A stretch of 49,274 bases of DNA from Polyangiales bacterium (GTDB lineage Bacteria; Myxococcota_A; Polyangia; Polyangiales; Houyiibacteriaceae), in the NCBI GenBank assembly GCA_045106895.1, contig JBGCFM010000063.1, forward strand, positions 1 to 49,274. Reading direction: 5' to 3'. How positions within the stretch are numbered: position 1 is the stretch's first letter; each line of letters opens with the position of its first letter. A program made the position numbers and the translations under genes. The notes beneath the pieces are model-generated. The model saw nothing but the letters and a program-made list of their open reading frames with translations. It did not search any database and had not been told where the DNA came from. This document shows, piece by piece, positions 44,925 to 49,274 of the stretch.

Positions 44925-45914
44925 TTGGAGACGCTCTTGGGTACCGCTCGGCAAAAACGTTTGATGGTTTTGGTTCTGCTAGTCACGCTAGCGTCCGTCG
45001 CCTTCTTTTTGGCCCAAGGCACGACCAACCTCGTCGCCGCGAGCTTCCTGGAGGTCGACCGTAGCGTGACCACCGCTTCGAACGGTCCTCGGGCCGTCGC
45101 GCCGCGGCAAACGCAGGACGACACTCAGATCCTCCGGCGGAACATCTTCGACGGCGTTCCACTGGACCAGGAGCCCGTTGTCGAAGGCGAAGAAGTCGCT
45201 GTGGAAGAAGGAGGCGAGCCCGAGGTCATCGACCCCAGCGGCCCACAGCCGCCCTGCGACGGAAGCATGCGCCTCGTCGCCGCCGTCGCCCACCCCGTCA
45301 ACCAAGCGTGGTCCGTCGCCGCCATCGTCGGCGCCGCCGGCAAAGCGCTCATGTACCGGCCTGGTCAGTCCGTCGACAGCCGCGAGGTCGTGGAAGTCCG
45401 GCACCACAGCGTCGTGATGCGCCAAAGCGGTTCCCTGTGTCAGATCTCGATGTTCGCGGAAGAAGAAGCCGGCGCAGCTCCCCCAAGGCCCACCGTCGCC
45501 GTCACGCCTACGGCTCCCACCCGGCCGACCCGACCTTCTCGTGAAGGCCCCGTCAGCAGCGACGCCATGGAGTCCGGCATCACTCGCGTCAGCGACACGA
45601 ACTTCAACATCCAGCGCAGCCTCGTCGATACGGTTTTGGAGAACCAGCAGGCGCTCCTCAGCGCCGCGCGAATCATCCCCCACGAGGAGAACGGCCGCAC
45701 CGTCGGCGTCAAGATGTACGGAATCCGGCGCAACAGCCTCCTAGGCCGCCTCGGCGTTCAGAACGGCGACATGCTTCGTACCATCAACGGCTACGACATG
45801 AGCAGCCCCGATAGCGCCCTTGAGGCTTACACGCGCCTTCGCACGGCGGACCATCTCACGCTGAACGTCGTCCGGCGCGGCCAGCCCACGACCCTTGACT
45901 ACAACATCCAATAG
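44925..45914 (+). CDS. gspC: Type II secretion protein GspC (PDZ-containing)
   Basis: N-terminal TM, ILRRNIFD, HR domain and PDZ (GVKMYGIRRNSLLGRLGVQNGDMLRTING); precedes a secretin. Start is TTG 44925 or ATG 44964. Confidence 0.9.
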   Translation: METLLGTARQKRLMVLVLLVTLASVAFFLAQGTTNLVAASFLEVDRSVTTASNGPRAVAPRQTQDDTQILRRNIFDGVPLDQEPVVEGEEVAVEEGGEPEVIDPSGPQPPCDGSMRLVAAVAHPVNQAWSVAAIVGAAGKALMYRPGQSVDSREVVEVRHHSVVMRQSGSLCQISMFAEEEAGAAPPRPTVAVTPTAPTRPTRPSREGPVSSDAMESGITRVSDTNFNIQRSLVDTVLENQQALLSAARIIPHEENGRTVGVKMYGIRRNSLLGRLGVQNGDMLRTINGYDMSSPDSALEAYTRLRTADHLTLNVVRRGQPTTLDYNIQ

Positions 45915-45972
45915 ACCCTTTTCGTCCTCTGAACGCAGATTTCCGAATAGCTCCTCTTCCTAGCGTCATCCA

Positions 45973-48567
45973 ATGAAACTCCGCACCGCGCTCCCTATTC
46001 TCTCCGCTTCCGCAAGCGTCATGGTCCTTTGTCTAGGCGTCGCCTTTGGCACCGCCCGCGCCCAGGAAGCCTCTCCCGGCTACGGTCAGGCGCGCGGTTC
46101 AGCGGGCACGATGAACCAGCTGAGCATGCGTCCATCGCCCATGGCCGTCATCGGCGCTCCGCTGCTAGGCGGCTCTCGTGGTGCTCAGGAAGCAGAAGAG
46201 CCGGCACGCACACCGGCGCCCGAGTTCGAGACGGGCACGGACTACCAGCCTGTTTCCCCGCGAACCCGCGTCACGTTCAATCTCGAAGACGCCGACCTTC
46301 CCGACTTGGTCCGCCTCATCTCGACGATCACCGGCAAGCGCTTCATCCTTCCCGGCAAGCTGCGAAGCATCAAGGCCACCGTCTACGCGCCGACGAAGGT
46401 GAGCGTCGCCGAGGCCTACAACGCGTTCCTCTCCATCTTGGACGTGAACGGAATGACCGTCGTTCCATCGGGCCGCTACCTGAAGATCCAGGACAGCGCC
46501 AACATCGAAAACCAGCCGATTCCCCTCTACACCGGCGGCTCCCCGACGCCCGTCGCCGACCGTTTCATCACGCGTCTGCATCAGCTGACGAACCTCTCGG
46601 CTGAAGACGCCGCGACATTGCTTGGGCGCTTCAAGTCCTCCGCCGGCAGCGTCACGGCCTACGCGCCGAGCAACACGCTCATCATCACCGACACGGGCCG
46701 GCAGATCCGCCGCATGCTTCGCCTCTTGGAGAACATCGATCTTCCGCGAACCGGCGAGCAGATTTGGATCGAGCCGATTCACTACGCCGACGCCGCCGAC
46801 ATCGCGTCTCGCCTCCAAGAGATCTTCCCCTCGTCCGGCACCAGCGCCACGCCTATGGCCGCCGCGATGGAATCCGCTGCAGCCCGTCGTGCGCGCACCC
46901 GCGCCGCGGCCATGATGACAGCAGCGGCGACGGCCTCGGGGCCCGCGACCGTCGGAGCACGTCGCGGAGAATCCCGCATCACGAACATCATCGCCGATGA
47001 GCGGACCAACTCCCTCATCGTGCTCGCTACGGAGCGCGCCTACATGCGCATCGTCGAGATGATTCGTCATCTGGACATCCCCCTTGAGGGCGAGGGTCGA
47101 ATCCACGTCCACTACGTGCAAAACGGTGACGCCTCGGAAGTCGCCACGACTCTTCAGGCCCTCCTCGGTGGAGGCGGAAGCACGCCTGCGGCGATGGGAA
47201 TGACCACCGCGATGCGCTCCGCCGCCGCCGCCGCCGGTGGCCTCCCGGATCTCTTCGATGGCCAAATCGCCGTGACGACCCACGAACCGACGAACGCGTT
47301 GGTCATCACGTCTTCGCTCCACGACTACGCGGCGCTTCGGCGTGTTATCGAACGCCTGGACCGCCCGCGGCGTCAGGTCTTCATCGAAGCCGTCGTCATG
47401 GAGCTCTCGGTCAATCGCTCTTCGTCGCTCGGACTCAACTTCCACGGCGGCGTACCAAACTTGGCCGGCGACGGCAGCCTCTCGGTCCTCGGACGCGGCG
47501 CTGGCACTTCCCTCGGCTTCCCCGCCTCGGCGGAACTCGAAGGCCTCGCGCTGGGTGTCCGCGGCCCGGACATCGAAGGCTTCGAGCTGCCCGGACTCGG
47601 ACGTATCCCAAGCTTCGGCGTGGCTTTGAACGCCATCGCCGAGAGCGGTGACGCCAACGTGCTCTCCACGCCTCACATCATCGCGATGGACAACGTCCAG
47701 GCGGAGATCAACGTCGGTCAGAACATCCCGCTTCAGACCAACGGCATCCCCGGCGGGCTCGGCGGCCTTGCCGGACTCGCAGGCGGCGCAGCCGGCGGGG
47801 CCCAGGGTGGACTCGCCGGACTGGCAGGACTTGCCGGCGGACTTGGCGGCGTCGGTGGCGGTCAACGACAGGACGTTGGCACCATCATCCGTGTCACCCC
47901 GCACATCAACGAGCACGATGAGATTCGCCTCGAGATCGAAGAAGAGATCTCGGAGCTCGGCGCCACCACTGGCGAGCTCGGCGTCGCCACCATCAATCGC
48001 CGAACGGCGAAGACGGAGGTCATGGTCCGCGATCAGCAGACCGTCGTCATCGGCGGCCTCGTTCGCGAGTCCATCACCCAGAACGAAACCAAGATTCCGA
48101 TTCTTGGTGATATTCCGCTCCTTGGTGCGCTCTTCCGCTCGCAGTCCGAGACGCGCCAGAAGAACAACCTTCTGCTCTTCCTGACGCCCTACATCATCCG
48201 CGACATGCGCGATATGCGCGCCATCTACGAACGCAAGATGCGCGAGCGCCAAGAGTTCCTCGACCGCTACTTCGTATTCGGAGACGCGGACTACGAACCT
48301 CCCGTGGACTACAGCCGCACCCGTGGACTCGTGGCTGAGATCATCAACGAGCTCGCGGAGATTCAAGAGGAAGAGGCCCTTGAAGCTGCCCTCGCCGCCG
48401 AGCCGCCTCCCGAGCACGTTCCGCGCACCCCAATCGGCACCTACGAGGGCGACGACGAAGGAGGCAGCGGTGACATCATCATCGGACCCGAGGAGGAAGC
48501 ACCGATTCCGATCTCACCGACGATTACGCCCACGCCTGTTCTAAACCAGGCAACCGGACAGCAGTAA
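45973..48567 (+). CDS. gspD: Type II secretion secretin GspD
   Basis: FNLEDADL..LV, N-domain repeats (SNTLIITD, DERTNSLIV, TNALVIT), LDRPRRQVFIEAVVME, NVLSTPHI, KIPILGDIPLLGALFR, LLLFLTPYII. Confidence 0.96.
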   Translation: MKLRTALPILSASASVMVLCLGVAFGTARAQEASPGYGQARGSAGTMNQLSMRPSPMAVIGAPLLGGSRGAQEAEEPARTPAPEFETGTDYQPVSPRTRVTFNLEDADLPDLVRLISTITGKRFILPGKLRSIKATVYAPTKVSVAEAYNAFLSILDVNGMTVVPSGRYLKIQDSANIENQPIPLYTGGSPTPVADRFITRLHQLTNLSAEDAATLLGRFKSSAGSVTAYAPSNTLIITDTGRQIRRMLRLLENIDLPRTGEQIWIEPIHYADAADIASRLQEIFPSSGTSATPMAAAMESAAARRARTRAAAMMTAAATASGPATVGARRGESRITNIIADERTNSLIVLATERAYMRIVEMIRHLDIPLEGEGRIHVHYVQNGDASEVATTLQALLGGGGSTPAAMGMTTAMRSAAAAAGGLPDLFDGQIAVTTHEPTNALVITSSLHDYAALRRVIERLDRPRRQVFIEAVVMELSVNRSSSLGLNFHGGVPNLAGDGSLSVLGRGAGTSLGFPASAELEGLALGVRGPDIEGFELPGLGRIPSFGVALNAIAESGDANVLSTPHIIAMDNVQAEINVGQNIPLQTNGIPGGLGGLAGLAGGAAGGAQGGLAGLAGLAGGLGGVGGGQRQDVGTIIRVTPHINEHDEIRLEIEEEISELGATTGELGVATINRRTAKTEVMVRDQQTVVIGGLVRESITQNETKIPILGDIPLLGALFRSQSETRQKNNLLLFLTPYIIRDMRDMRAIYERKMRERQEFLDRYFVFGDADYEPPVDYSRTRGLVAEIINELAEIQEEEALEAALAAEPPPEHVPRTPIGTYEGDDEGGSGDIIIGPEEEAPIPISPTITPTPVLNQATGQQ

Positions 48568-48576
48568 AGGACCGCC

Positions 48577-49274
48577 GTGAATCAATACGTCGCCGAAGTC
48601 CTCAAACGCCACCAGGCCATGGACGCCGAAGAGCTCGATGCCGCCGTCGCCAAAGCCGACGATGGTGGGTTTGAGCTCGTCGACGTGCTCCGTGCCACGG
48701 ACGCCATCGAAGAGACCGTACTGGTCAAAGCCCTGGCCGCCGAGATGGGCATGGAGTTCGTCGAGAAGATCGACTCCGACGCCACCCCCGACGACGTCGT
48801 CGAGGCGGTGCCCATCAATTTCGCACGGCAGCACCATATCGTGCCCATCGGCGAACGAGACGACGAGATCATCGTCGCCGTCAGCAACCCTCTCGACCCC
48901 TTCCCCCTCGACGACCTCCGCGCTCTCCTTGGCCGCCCCATCGACGCCGTGGCATCGACGCGCGAGTCCATCGACGACGCCATCAATCGCGTCTACGAGC
49001 GCAAAGAGGAAGCCTCCCTCGCCGAAGCCAAAGAAGGCGCGGACGAGGTCGAAGAGCTCCAAGACATCATCGACCAGACGGATGAAGCGCCCGTCATCAA
49101 ATGGGTCAACGACCTCTTCTACAAGGCCGTCAACGAGCGCGTGTCCGACATTCACATCGAGCCCACAGACGAGAAAGTCATCGTTCGTTTCCGCATCGCT
49201 GGCCGCCTCGTCAAAAGGAAGGAAGCGCACAAGGGCAACCTCTCGAGCATCGTCGCCCGCGTGAAGATCGAAGC
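48577..49274 (+). CDS. gspE: Type II secretion ATPase GspE, N-terminal part (runs off the window end; not in ORF track)
   Basis: SD AAGGA and GTG 48577; hand translation ...VPINFARQHHIVP...VAVSNPLD...DEAPVIKWVNDLFYKAVNERVSDIHIEP...VRFRI.G...SIVARVKI. Confidence 0.93.
   Translation, partial: MNQYVAEVLKRHQAMDAEELDAAVAKADDGGFELVDVLRATDAIEETVLVKALAAEMGMEFVEKIDSDATPDDVVEAVPINFARQHHIVPIGERDDEIIVAVSNPLDPFPLDDLRALLGRPIDAVASTRESIDDAINRVYERKEEASLAEAKEGADEVEELQDIIDQTDEAPVIKWVNDLFYKAVNERVSDIHIEPTDEKVIVRFRIAGRLVKRKEAHKGNLSSIVARVKIE

Noticed and set aside
46165..48417. 750-aa antisense ORF opposite gspD, and similar shadows (1040-2014, 14107-15303, 30120-31406, 35242-36399, 42968-44260)
   Set aside because: Typical stop-poor antisense frames of GC-rich genes, with no motifs and overlapping well-supported genes.
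48541..49264. ORF-track entries at the window end
   Set aside because: Off-frame or antisense shadows of gspE, which starts at 48577 and has no stop inside the window.

Overview
GC-rich bacterial chromosomal window, probably from Myxococcota. The Cys-rich and DAG-linker lipoproteins, PEGA kinase and myxobacterial-type GspCDE suggest Polyangia/Sandaracinaceae; this placement is inference. About 40 tightly packed CDS are present, and I found no rRNA, tRNA, CRISPR array or transposase. Housekeeping content: TPP riboswitch + thiC + a cytochrome c lipoprotein, ftsE-ftsX-envC, enoyl-CoA hydratase, an HSDL2-like SDR, gor, an LplT-type MFS/acyltransferase fusion, cysH, a metallophosphoesterase, an isochorismatase-family hydrolase, a 2OG-Fe(II) oxygenase and the start of a type II secretion operon (gspC-gspD-gspE). 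The most interesting accessory and regulatory content: (i) three paralogous Cys-rich/LamG-like lipoprotein genes, each with its own putative promoter, split by a FIST (NosP-like)/kinase/REC-HDOD/REC-degenerate HD-GYP cassette; (ii) three readable sigma54 promoters with candidate enhancer sites, including phased GTAC boxes beside a receiver-less bEBP and TGACA-N3-(T/A)GTCA boxes shared by an NtrC-like gene and gspC; (iii) -10-like hexamers 5-8 nt before about ten start codons, suggesting widespread leaderless mRNAs; (iv) a riboswitch expression platform that can be read directly from the sequence. No single system can be proven novel from sequence alone. All family assignments come from motif recognition by eye, not from database searches.
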